DNA of 64,000 nucleotides from Betaproteobacteria bacterium (GTDB lineage Bacteria > Pseudomonadota > Gammaproteobacteria > Burkholderiales > SG8-39), in assembly GCA_016195915.1 (NCBI GenBank), contig JACPYS010000064.1, positions 25 to 64,024 on the forward strand, written 5' to 3'. A model generated the notes under the pieces. That model had not been told where the DNA came from and searched no databases. It saw only the letters and a program-made list of their open reading frames with translations. Numbering within the stretch: the first letter of the stretch is position 1; each line of letters opens with the position of its first letter. Positions 40,916-50,600 of this stretch are shown one piece after another. The position numbers were made by a program, and so were the translations under genes.

Positions 40916-41488
40916 TCATGCGGCAGCTCCCGCTATCCGTTGCGGCTCGCCCTGCGCGCCCGCATTGGCGAGCACGGCCATCTCATCAACCGAAAGCACA
41001 CGCTCGCTGTTGAGGATGATCACGAACTTCCCAGCCACCTTGCCCATGCCGTCGATGAAATCAGTACGGATCTTCGCGCCGAAGCTCGGCGGCGGCTCGA
41101 TCTCCGTGCGAGGTATTTCCAGCACCGCGCTCACCGCATCGACCATCACGCCGATATCGTGGCGCTCGCCGTCGAGCGAAAGCTCGATGATCACGATGCA
41201 TGTGCGCCGGCCTGCTTCGGTCTTCTTGCCGCCGAAGCGCGCGAGCAGATCGACCACCGGCACGACGCTGCCGCGCATGTTGATCACGCCGCGGATGAAT
41301 GCAGGCATCATCGGGATCTCGGTCAGGTTGCCGAACTCGATGATCTCCTTGATGTTTAGGATGCCCAGAGCGTACATCTCCCCGCCGAGGGAAAAGGTCA
41401 GGTACTGCGGGACATCCCCCGTTCCCGCCGCGAGCACCGCGGCGAGCGCGGCAGACTTGCCTGCGGATGCATGAACCAGTTGTCCCAT
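40916..41488 (-). CDS. cheW: Chemotaxis coupling protein CheW
   Basis: 190 aa from MGQLVHAS. QYLTFSLGGEMYALGILNIKEII...GVINMRGSVVPVVDL. The upstream ORF extension was trimmed. Confidence 0.88.
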   Translation of the reverse strand: MGQLVHASAGKSAALAAVLAAGTGDVPQYLTFSLGGEMYALGILNIKEIIEFGNLTEIPMMPAFIRGVINMRGSVVPVVDLLARFGGKKTEAGRRTCIVIIELSLDGERHDIGVMVDAVSAVLEIPRTEIEPPPSFGAKIRTDFIDGMGKVAGKFVIILNSERVLSVDEMAVLANAGAQGEPQRIAGAAA

Positions 41489-41504
41489 GATGCCGGTTCC
41501 TCTC

Positions 41505-43133
41505 TCAGAATTTCTCGAAGTTCCGTTCGCTTGCGCCCGCCGTCGCGACCAGCTTGGGCGCGACAGGCTTGGCCTTCGCCGCCGAGGACGCGCTTGCACC
41601 GACTGTTCCTGTGCGCCGCTTGCTTCCGTGGTTGGCTTCCTCCACGCGGAAGAACCGCATCATCAGCTGCAGTTGCTCCGCCCGAGAGCCCATTTCCTCG
41701 GCGGTGGCCGCGAGTTCCTCTGAAGCCGACGCGTTCTGCTGCGTCGCCTGGTTGAGCTGGCCTATCGCGGCATTGATCTGCGCCACGCCGGTGCTCTGTT
41801 CGTTCGATGCCGAGGAGATCTCCTGCACGAGGTCGGAAGTCTTGCGGATCGATGGGACCATTTCGTCGAGCAGGCTGCCGGCTTTCTCCGCCAGCTTGAC
41901 GCTGTTCCCGGCCAACTGCCCGATCTCCTGGGCCGCCACCTGGCTGCGCTCGGCGAGCTTTCGCACTTCGGCCGCGACCACCGCAAAACCCTTGCCGTGT
42001 TCTCCGGCGCGCGCCGCTTCGATCGCCGCGTTCAAGGCGAGCAGATTCGTCTGGTAGGCGATGTCGTCGATGATGCCGATCTTGCCCGCGATGCTCTTCA
42101 TCGCTTCCACCGTCTCCTTCACCGCAGCTCCGCCTTCGCCGGCTTGCTTCGCCGCCTTGCCAGCCATGCCGTCGGTGACCTTCGCGTTCTCGGTGTTCTG
42201 GCCGATCGACGCGGTCATCTGCTCCACCGAGGCGGTGGTCTCTTCGACGCTCGCGGCCTGTTCGCTCGAAGACCGCGACAGTGACTGCGCAGTGGCGGAG
42301 ACCTGCTGCGAAGCCGACGCGAGCGCATCGGCCAAGCAGCGCACTTCGCCGACGATGTGGGCGAGCTTGCCGGTCATGCCTTGCATCGACAGCAGCAACT
42401 GCCCGACTTCATCTTTTGAAGTCACCTCTACACGCGCCGTCAGATCGCCTTTTTCGATGCTTTGCGAAAGGATCGTCGCCTGAGCCAGCGGCTTGCCTAT
42501 CGAGTGCCATATCCAGCCGAGGAAGACGAGGACGATCAGGGTCAGTGGAATCCCCACCGATGCGAGAAGGATGAACGCGCTGCGTTTCTCTGCCGCTGCC
42601 GCGAGCCTCTGTTCGTCACTTCGCTTAGCCTGGAGTTCCATGAGGCGACCGAGCGTATTCACAGTCGCTGCGCCGGAGGCCAGAATCGTTCTTGCCCGGA
42701 ATTCCCCGGCCTCCGCGGTCTTCCCGGCCTCCATCAGCGCGAGCCACTGCGGCCGGTCGCGCTTGTATGGCTCATATGCGCTGCGAAACTCTGCCAGAGA
42801 GGCCCTTGTCGTATCGTTCAGTTCGGTTTGCGAGAACACCGCCAACGCGTCGTCGAGCGCCTTGAAATGCCCGGGACCTTCGTCGACAATCTTCCGGCGT
42901 GCGGCAGAATCCGTGCTCCCGGCATACTGCGAAACACCGAAGCGAAGTTTCCACATCGCGTCCTGAGCCGCGGCAAGACTTCCCGCACCCGAGAGACCGT
43001 TCGGGTCCACGATATCGATCCGTTCGCCGAGTTTTCTGATCGCGAACACGCCTGTCCCGGAGAGAGTGACGGCGAGGATGAGGACAAGCACAGCTGCCGT
43101 CATGATCCGTGTGCTGATCGTAAGCGCTTTCAT
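41505..43133 (-). CDS. Methyl-accepting chemotaxis protein (paralog of 38733-40259) with a C-terminal tether ending NFEKF
   Basis: 542 aa. TM-periplasmic-TM-HAMP layout. Tip motif [38 protein letters not shown]. The signalling-domain DNA is about 85% similar by eye to the other MCP. Confidence 0.9.
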   Translation of the reverse strand: MKALTISTRIMTAAVLVLILAVTLSGTGVFAIRKLGERIDIVDPNGLSGAGSLAAAQDAMWKLRFGVSQYAGSTDSAARRKIVDEGPGHFKALDDALAVFSQTELNDTTRASLAEFRSAYEPYKRDRPQWLALMEAGKTAEAGEFRARTILASGAATVNTLGRLMELQAKRSDEQRLAAAAEKRSAFILLASVGIPLTLIVLVFLGWIWHSIGKPLAQATILSQSIEKGDLTARVEVTSKDEVGQLLLSMQGMTGKLAHIVGEVRCLADALASASQQVSATAQSLSRSSSEQAASVEETTASVEQMTASIGQNTENAKVTDGMAGKAAKQAGEGGAAVKETVEAMKSIAGKIGIIDDIAYQTNLLALNAAIEAARAGEHGKGFAVVAAEVRKLAERSQVAAQEIGQLAGNSVKLAEKAGSLLDEMVPSIRKTSDLVQEISSASNEQSTGVAQINAAIGQLNQATQQNASASEELAATAEEMGSRAEQLQLMMRFFRVEEANHGSKRRTGTVGASASSAAKAKPVAPKLVATAGASERNFEKF

Positions 43134-43148
43134 GACTCGAACCTCCCG

Positions 43149-45371
43149 TCAACGGAATGCGGCCGGCGCCGAGGCACTCACCGAGCGTGACTCTGTCTCG
43201 CGGCGCGCCGCAAGCTGGGTCAATGCCTGTACGTCCAGGATCAACGCCACCTCGCCGGTGCCGAGGATGGTCGAACCGCCAATGCCTCGCAGGTTGCGGA
43301 ACAGCCCCGACAACGGCTTGATCACGGTCTGGAACTCGCCCAGCAGCTGGTCCACGACCACCCCGGCCTGGTGCGCGCCGGAACGGATCACCACCACGTT
43401 CTCGCGCCTCGGATACTCGCCCGCCACCTCGAACAACTCGCGCAGGCGCACGAAAGGGAGGACCTCTCCGCGCAGGTTGAGGTAGTGACGGTCCGCCGCA
43501 TCCGCCGGGAGTTCCAGGCATTCGACAACCATGTCGAGCGGAATCACGAAACTCGCCCGCTCGACGCCGACCAGGAACCCGTCGATGATCGCGAGCGTGA
43601 GCGGCAGGCGGATGGTGAAACGCGAACCCCGGCCCGGATCCGTATGCACTTCGACGTTGCCGCGCAATGCCTGGACGTTTCTTCGCACCACGTCCATCCC
43701 CACGCCGCGGCCGGAGAGGTTCGACACCTGGTTCACGGTCGAGAATCCGGCCTCGAAGATCAGGTTGATGATTTCCTGCTCCGACAGGGTGGCGCCCGCC
43801 GGCAGCAGCCCCTTTTCCACGGCTTTGGCGAGGATACGCTCGCGTTTGAGCCCGCCTCCGTCGTCGGAGACTTCGATCACGATGCTGCGCGAGTCGTGAA
43901 AGGCGTTGAGCGTGACGCAGCCCTTGGCCGGCTTGCCGGCGGCCACGCGCACGTCAGCGGGTTCAATGCCGTGGCCGATGGCGTTTCTCACCAGGTGCAT
44001 GAGCGGATCGCCGATCTTTTCGACCACCGACTTGTCCAGATCGGTCTCGCCGCCGGTAATGACGAGCTCGATTTCCTTGTTCAGTTCCTTGGCCACGTCG
44101 CGGATCACGCGGTTGAAGCGGTTGAAGGTCTCGCCGATCTGCACCATGCGCAGCTGCAGCGCCGCATCGCGGATGTTCTCTACCAGGCGCGAAAGGACGG
44201 AGGTGGTTTCCACCAGCGCCGTTTCGCCGCTCTTTTGCGCCAGCAGGCCCGCGCTCGCGCCGGCGATCACCAGTTCACCCACGAGGTCGATGAGCTGGTC
44301 GAGTTTGTCGGCCTGGACGCGGATCAGGCGCGCTTCGGCGGCGCGTTTTTCGCTCGACTGTGCCTGCTTGACGACTGCCGCCTCGACAATCTCCGACTGC
44401 ACCGCACGCTGCTCGACCAGAATGGCGCCGAGCTTCGGCGCCACGGCAGCGGACTCAACCCCGGCCGGTGCTGCAGGTTTCGATCCTTCTTGCCGGTGAA
44501 GCGCGGATTCGAGTTCGTCCTGTGTAAGGGCGCCGCTTTTCACGAGGATCTCGCCTACGCGCATGTCGTCTTCAGGCAGTTCGGCGATCAGGCACAGGAA
44601 TTCGGCAAGCTTGCTGTGGGGCGGCAGGATGTGCAGTTCGCAATCGCTGCGCACGAACTCGAACACGCGCTCGATGGCCGCCTTGTCGGCATGGCTGCGA
44701 AACCGGATTTCGAAACCGAGGTAGCAGGATTCAGGCTCCATCTCCTGCGCGTCGGGCATGGCGTCGAACACGGTGGTGATGTGTGCAATCTCGCCGAGCG
44801 TAAGCAGGTAGCGCAGGAAGGCGATGGGGTCCATGCCATTGCGCAGGACGTCGCGACCGAAGCGCACCGAGATGTGCCAGGTGTCGTCGGCTATCGCACC
44901 GGCGTCGCAAGCTTCGCGTTCCGATGCGCCCGCCGCTTCAACCACGCTGGTGATACGCTCCGCCTTGTCCGCACCGGCGTCGTTCGCGTCGAGCCGCGCC
45001 ATGAGTTGTCTGCCCAGGTCGTCGCCCGCGCTCCTGATCTCCGCTTGTTCGCCGCTGCCGCCTTGCTCGGTGGCGTCGAGCAGGTTCGCCAGGTGGTCGC
45101 AGCAGGTGAGGAGCAGGGCGATCAGCGGCGCATCCAGGCCGAGTTCGCCGTTACGCACGCGGTCGAGCGTGTTTTCGAGCGTATGGGTAAAGGCCTCGAT
45201 CGCGCTCAACTCGACCACGCCCGAACCGCCCTTGATGGTGTGGGCAGCGCGAAAGATGGCGTTGACGGTCTCGGGGTCGCGATCGCCCTTTTCCATCTTC
45301 ATCAATCCGGTTTCCAGTTCGGCGATCTGGTCGCGGGCTTCCTGGATGAAGATCGCTTGGATCTCGCTCAT
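43149..45371 (-). CDS. cheA: Chemotaxis histidine kinase CheA
   Basis: P1 HPt (FRAAHTIKGGSG). Dimerisation and ATPase motifs (HLVRNAIGHGIE, DDGGGL, GRGVGMDVV). C-terminal CheW-like P5. ATG at 45371 preferred. An in-frame GTG at 45386 would overlap the STAS stop. Confidence 0.92.
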   Translation of the reverse strand: MSEIQAIFIQEARDQIAELETGLMKMEKGDRDPETVNAIFRAAHTIKGGSGVVELSAIEAFTHTLENTLDRVRNGELGLDAPLIALLLTCCDHLANLLDATEQGGSGEQAEIRSAGDDLGRQLMARLDANDAGADKAERITSVVEAAGASEREACDAGAIADDTWHISVRFGRDVLRNGMDPIAFLRYLLTLGEIAHITTVFDAMPDAQEMEPESCYLGFEIRFRSHADKAAIERVFEFVRSDCELHILPPHSKLAEFLCLIAELPEDDMRVGEILVKSGALTQDELESALHRQEGSKPAAPAGVESAAVAPKLGAILVEQRAVQSEIVEAAVVKQAQSSEKRAAEARLIRVQADKLDQLIDLVGELVIAGASAGLLAQKSGETALVETTSVLSRLVENIRDAALQLRMVQIGETFNRFNRVIRDVAKELNKEIELVITGGETDLDKSVVEKIGDPLMHLVRNAIGHGIEPADVRVAAGKPAKGCVTLNAFHDSRSIVIEVSDDGGGLKRERILAKAVEKGLLPAGATLSEQEIINLIFEAGFSTVNQVSNLSGRGVGMDVVRRNVQALRGNVEVHTDPGRGSRFTIRLPLTLAIIDGFLVGVERASFVIPLDMVVECLELPADAADRHYLNLRGEVLPFVRLRELFEVAGEYPRRENVVVIRSGAHQAGVVVDQLLGEFQTVIKPLSGLFRNLRGIGGSTILGTGEVALILDVQALTQLAARRETESRSVSASAPAAFR

Positions 45372-45382
45372 GGCTGACCCCG

Positions 45383-45703
45383 TCACGCCGCTTCCTGCGC
45401 AGGAATCAGCAGCGGGTCGCCAAAATAGGATGCCAGGTCGAAGAAATCGATCGCGTCGTGCACTGCCGGGCTGTGGGCGACGATGCGCAGGCTGCGCTTT
45501 TGGCGCAGCGATTCGCGCTTCGCCAGGATCAGCAACTGGATCCCGGCGGTATCGATTTCAGCGACCCGGGAGAGATCGATCTCGAGCATGTGGTTCGCGG
45601 CGAGCGCGTCGAGTAACAGTTTTTTCACGGCCCCCGCGTTGTAGATCGTCAGGTCCTGCTCCAGAGCGATGCGCGCTGCGTCCTTGTTCGTGTCCCGGGT
45701 CAT
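45383..45703 (-). CDS. STAS-domain protein (SpoIIAA/anti-sigma-antagonist fold)
   Basis: 106 aa. EIDLSRVAEIDTAGIQLLILAKRESLRQKRSLRIVAHSPAV is a typical STAS core. Tightly packed between the mcp and cheA genes. Confidence 0.8.
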   Translation of the reverse strand: MTRDTNKDAARIALEQDLTIYNAGAVKKLLLDALAANHMLEIDLSRVAEIDTAGIQLLILAKRESLRQKRSLRIVAHSPAVHDAIDFFDLASYFGDPLLIPAQEAA

Positions 45704-45704
45704 G

Positions 45705-46991
45705 TCAGAACAGCTCCACTTTGGGACCGGTGGCGTTTGCCGCGGCAGCGATTCCGCGCCGGGCCGGCGTTGCCGCGCTCTTGTGCACCTGGCGTTGCGA
45801 TTCCATCACGTAGCCGCCGTAGAGCTGGTCGAGATGGCTCGTCATCGGTTCGAAACCGGAGGCGGCGTCCTCGTACTGGCTCAGCCGCTCCGCGAGCAGC
45901 CGTGAATGCTCGTCCAGGCGCGTCAGGGCCTGCACCACATGATCGAGCTGCTGACGCGTCACGTCCTGGAACTGCACGCTCGCCAAGGCCTCGATGAACA
46001 TGCGCGCGAGTTCCTGGCTGTCGTCGGCGATGGTCTGCATCATCCGGCGCTGGTTCGCGACGAGTTCGCCGTAGCTCTGGCCCATGGCCTCGAGCTGCGC
46101 GGCGAATTGCTCGAGCGTCGCGCGCTCCTGCGCGATGTTGGTACGTGCGATCTTTTCGGTGAACTGTGACTCGATGGAATCGGCCACCTTGGCGATGCCC
46201 TGGCTGATTTCGTTCACCGCGGTGGCGGTCTCGGTGGAGAGCTTGCGCACCTGGTCGGCCACCACCGCGAACCCCCGGCCCGCATCTCCGGCGCGGGCGG
46301 CTTCGATCGCCGCATTCAGGGCCAGCAGGTTGGTCTGACCGGAAATGTGCTTGATCAACTGCACCAGCGAATCGAGCGAATGCGCCTCCTTGACGACCAG
46401 CGCCACCCGCTCCTGGTCGAGGCGAGTCGTATCGACGCGCTGCTGGATATAGCTGCCCATGGTTTCGATCAGCTTCTGGTTCACGGAGATCCGTTGCGTC
46501 GACGCGGCGGCGAGTTCGGCAACGGTATTTGACGACATGAGCACAAGCTGGCTCAGGCGCGTCATGGTGCTGTCGATGGTGTTGAGCCGGTCGGTGATCT
46601 GGAATGCGGCTTTTTCGGTGTCTTCGATGACCAGGCTCAGCTGCCCGCGCACGACATCGTTGTAGCCGGGCACCTGCCGGAGTTCCCGGGCGACTTCGCG
46701 GCTCGCCTTGCCGAGCGTCTCGTGCCTGAATTCGCTTTCGTTCAGGGCAGCCGGAAAGCCGACGAGCGGATCCTTGAACATCGTTTTCGACACTGCGATC
46801 TGACCCGCGAACACGGCTGCCATGATCAGCAGCGCGCCAAGGCCATCCCCCACAGTGTGCCTGACACCCAATCCGGCCATTAAGTCGTTGTACGGTCCGT
46901 GCAGCGCGAACACCGCGATGCCCGCCACAGCCGCCACCGCCAGGAAAACCCAGCGCGTGCGCGACACAAGCACCTGGATGTCGTGTTTCAT
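45705..46991 (-). CDS. Methyl-accepting chemotaxis protein, short form (TM segments plus signalling domain), C-terminus KVELF
   Basis: 428 aa from MKHDIQVL. Tip motif [43 protein letters not shown] junction with cheY. Confidence 0.85.
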   Translation of the reverse strand: MKHDIQVLVSRTRWVFLAVAAVAGIAVFALHGPYNDLMAGLGVRHTVGDGLGALLIMAAVFAGQIAVSKTMFKDPLVGFPAALNESEFRHETLGKASREVARELRQVPGYNDVVRGQLSLVIEDTEKAAFQITDRLNTIDSTMTRLSQLVLMSSNTVAELAAASTQRISVNQKLIETMGSYIQQRVDTTRLDQERVALVVKEAHSLDSLVQLIKHISGQTNLLALNAAIEAARAGDAGRGFAVVADQVRKLSTETATAVNEISQGIAKVADSIESQFTEKIARTNIAQERATLEQFAAQLEAMGQSYGELVANQRRMMQTIADDSQELARMFIEALASVQFQDVTRQQLDHVVQALTRLDEHSRLLAERLSQYEDAASGFEPMTSHLDQLYGGYVMESQRQVHKSAATPARRGIAAAANATGPKVELF

Positions 46992-47356
46992 TATCGGATG
47001 ACCAGTTTGATGGTGTTGATCAATTCGTCGGCCGTCGCCGGCTTCACAAGCCATCCCGAGGCACCGGCCGCTTTGGCCTCCATGCGCATCGACTGCTGGG
47101 ATTCGGTGGTGAGGAACAGGATCGGCATGAACTTGCGGGCCGGAAGCTTGCGCACTTCCCTGATGAACTCGATGCCGTTCATGCCCGGCATGTTGAGGTC
47201 CGTGATGAGCAGGTCGACCTTGACGCCGGCCTTGAATTTGTTCAGCGCTTCCGCGGCGTTGGAGGCCTTTTCGACCGCGAAGCCGGCCCTGGCAAGCACA
47301 TTGGAAATGCTCAACAGGATGGTCGCCGAGTCGTCTACGAGAAATATGGTCTTCAT
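46991..47356 (-). CDS. cheY: Chemotaxis response regulator CheY
   Basis: 121 aa, single receiver domain (FLVDDSATI...[13 protein letters not shown]...FLTTE...WLVKP). Confidence 0.92.
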   Translation of the reverse strand: MKTIFLVDDSATILLSISNVLARAGFAVEKASNAAEALNKFKAGVKVDLLITDLNMPGMNGIEFIREVRKLPARKFMPILFLTTESQQSMRMEAKAAGASGWLVKPATADELINTIKLVIR

Positions 47357-47415
47357 GGGCCCGCCTCGGATCAGATGTTGCGCGATCAGCCGATTTTCAT
47401 TTTGGCAAACAAAGC

Positions 47416-47430
47416 GCTAAACCGGTGCCA
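47416..47430 (-). promoter_or_regulatory. Sigma-54-like -24/-12 element upstream of cheY
   Basis: The minus strand reads TGGCACCGGTTTAGC, against consensus TGGCAC-N5-TTGC. GG and GC are correctly spaced and the -12 box has one mismatch. Lies about 60 nt upstream of the cheY ATG. Confidence 0.4.
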
Positions 47431-47481
47431 ATTCGCCCTGGCTGTCAGTGGCTTCGGCAGGGCGCGAAATTTCTTGAGGGT

Positions 47482-47508
47482 TCAGGTTTCCGCCGGGCCG
47501 GCCGATAA
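47482..47508 (+). promoter_or_regulatory. Sigma-28 (FliA)-like promoter upstream of the Cache/PAS/GAF hybrid kinase
   Basis: TCAGGTTT-N11-GCCGATAA against enteric consensus TAAAGTTT-N11-GCCGATAA. This is 14/16 with exact spacing and a perfect -10. Confidence 0.45.
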
Positions 47509-47636
47509 GTGTTCGTCGATGACCACGATACCCACCGTTCGTGTCCCTGCTGCCCTCGCGCCGGCGACCAATCGAATGCACGGGCCCGGTGATTCGCGCG
47601 GATAATGGGGTCATCGGGTTCGAAGAGGCATTTCGA

Positions 47637-50600
47637 ATGACCTTCCCGTATCGGCAGCTTTCGATCCGCACGCAGATCTTCCTGCTGGCGCTTGCGATCG
47701 TGCTTCCGGTTGCGGCGATGCTTGCGTGGTTTCTTGCCGCCGCTCTGCAGCACGCGCGTGATGAGGCCCATGCGAAGGTCAGGAATCTCGCCACCTACGC
47801 GGCGGCGGACCTCGAACGGCACCTGCGCCGCTCCGAGGCAACCCTCGGGCGCCTTGCCGCGCGGCCGCTGGTCAAGGCGCTCGATCCGCGCCACTGCGAC
47901 CCGATCGTCGCGGAGTTCGTTCGCCTGAATCCGGAATTCACCACGCTCGGGGTGCGCGACGTGCAGGGCAATAGCGTCTGTTCCTATCTGTCGAATCCGA
48001 TCCGGCAACTGAACACGCGGGACTTCCCGTGGTTCGAGGAGGGAATGCGCAACGGGAAATTCACTGCGGGCGATGCTTTCCGCGGGCGTCAGGTGGGGCG
48101 CTGGGTTTCAGTGCTGACCCACCCCATCCGCAATGACGAGGGAACGCTGACCGGCCTGCTCGCCCTGCCGGTTGATCTGCTGAAATTTGGCGAGGACCTG
48201 CTGGCATCGGTGCCGAAGAACTCCGTCGTGGTGGTCCTCGACCGCAAAGGAACGATTTTGCTGCGATCGGCCGAAGCCGGGTCCTTCATCGGCAGACCGG
48301 CGCCCGAGAAGGCCGAGGACGCCATGCGCGGCATGCGCGAAGGCTTTCTTTCAATCACCGGTCTCGACGGCGTGCAGCGCCTGCACACCTTCGTGACCAT
48401 CCCGGGTGTTGAGTGGCGGGTCATGGCCGGCCTCCCGCAGGACGAGGTATTCGCCGGCTATCACGCCACCCTCCGGCGCAGCCTCGGCATCGGCCTTGGC
48501 GCGCTGCTGCTGGCGCTGGCGCTGGCCTGGCGCATCGGCGCTGCCATCGTCAGGCCGATTGCTGATCTTGCCGCCGCCGCCGCAAGCGTCGCAGCCGGCG
48601 ACAACGCTGCCCGGGCGAAGGTCGCCGGACCCGCGGAGATCGAGTCGGTCGCACAGCAGTTCAACCGGATGCTCGATGCGCGCAACCGCGGCGAGGCGGC
48701 GCTGCGCGAGAGCGAGGTGCGTTACCGCACCCTGGTTGATTGGTCGCCGGAGCCGATCGCCGTTCACCGGGACGGGAAAATTATCTATGTCAATCCAGCC
48801 GACATCAAGATGTTTGGCGCAACGTCCGCACAAGACCTGATAGGCAAGCCCATCCTCGATTTCGTTCACCCGGACTTTCGGCAACTCGTGCTGGCGCGGG
48901 TTAAGAACATTTCCGACCATGGCGGCACCACGCCGCAGCTCGATCAGAGATATCTCAAGCTGGATGGAACGGCAATCGACGTGGAAGTCCAGAGCGCATC
49001 GATTATCTTCGATGGAGAACGGGCCGTTCTGGTTGCCATGCGCGACATCACCGAGCGCAAGGCAATGGAGGCGCAGAGAGACGACGAACGGAAGCTGCTG
49101 GAGTTGGTCGCCAGGGGCGGGCCGTTGCCCGACTTGCTCACACGTCTCGTCCTCAATTACGAAGCACTGTTCCCGGGCATGCGGGGCTCCGTGTTGCTGC
49201 TGGATCCGGCGGGGCAGCACCTCTTGCACGGAGCGGCACCCAACCTGCCGCCAGCCTATTGCCAGGCGATTGACGGGGTGGAGATCGGACCGAGCGTGGG
49301 TTCGTGCGGCACGGCGGCCCACACCGGAAAAACGACGATGGTCGCGGATATCGCCAGCGATCCGCTGTGGCGTGCTTTCAAGGACCTCGCGCTCGCGCAC
49401 GGGCTGCAGGCGTGCTGGTCGGTGCCAATTCTTGGGACGTCGGGACGGGTGCTTGGCACCTTCGCGTTCTACTTCAACGCCCCCCGCGCCGCGCTACCTT
49501 CGGAATTGACGAACATCGAACGCGGTGCGCAGCTCGCCAGCCTGGCGATCGAGCGCGATCTGGCGGTGGCGGCCCTGCGCGAGAGCGAAGAGCGCTTTCG
49601 CAGCCTGACGGAACTGTCCTCGGACTGGTACTGGGAGCAGGATGTACAGTTCCGCTTCGTACGCATGCACGGCGATCTGGAACTCAAGACGGGTATTCCG
49701 ACCGCCGACCATATTGGGCTGACCCGCTGGGACATGCCGGCGCTGAACCTGTCCGATAACGATTGGGACGCGCACAAGGCGGTGCTGCAGGCGCACTTGC
49801 CGTTTCGTGATCTTCAGATGCAGCGGCCGAATCGGGCAGGGCGAGTGCATTGGGTCTCGATCAGCGGCATGCCGATTTTTGATGCGCAGGGCCTGTTCAC
49901 GGGATATCGCGGGGTGGGCACGGACATTTCCGAGCGCGTGCAGACGGAAGTTGCCCTGCGCGAGAGCGAGGCCAGAAACCGCCTGTTCGCCGACGCCGTC
50001 AAACAGTCCGGAGATGCAATCTGGACGCACGACCTGGACGGGATCGTGATGTTCTGGAATGAGGCGGCGGCCAAGCTATTTGGATTTTCCGCTGAGGAAG
50101 CCGTCGGCAAATCGGTGCGTGAGTTGCATCTTGCGGGAGTCAGCGAGGCGGAATGGGAATCGGTGCGGCGGCGTTTCGCTAGCAAAGCGCCGGAAACCTA
50201 TGAATCCAGGCGGCACACCAAGGCTGGAAATATCGTCGATCTCTTCGTTTCCACCGCGCCGATGTTCGACGAGCACGGCAAGCATGTCGCCAAGATCATT
50301 TCGATGACCGACATCAGTGAGCGCAAGCGGGCGCAAGCCGCGCTGAAAGAGAGCGAGGAACGTTACCGCATCCTGGTTGAGTGGACGCCCGAACCGTCCT
50401 TCGTTCATCGCGACGGGGAAATGATCTATGTCAATCCGGCCGCCATCAACATGTTTGGCGCGACCGCGGCGCACGACCTGGTGGGCAAACCCCTACTCGA
50501 TCGGGTTCATCCGGACTTTCGTCAAATCGTGCAGGCACGGATAAAGGGCATTGCCGAGCATGGCGTCAGCGTGCCGATGATCGAGCTGAGATATCTGAGG

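Noticed and set aside
47560-47636. GGTTCGAA (tRNA T-loop-like) motif in the intergenic region upstream of the hybrid kinase.
   Set aside because: The flanking bases cannot form the 5-bp T-stem, because the base after the 7-nt loop does not pair. I could not draw an acceptor or anticodon arm, so this is not a tRNA.
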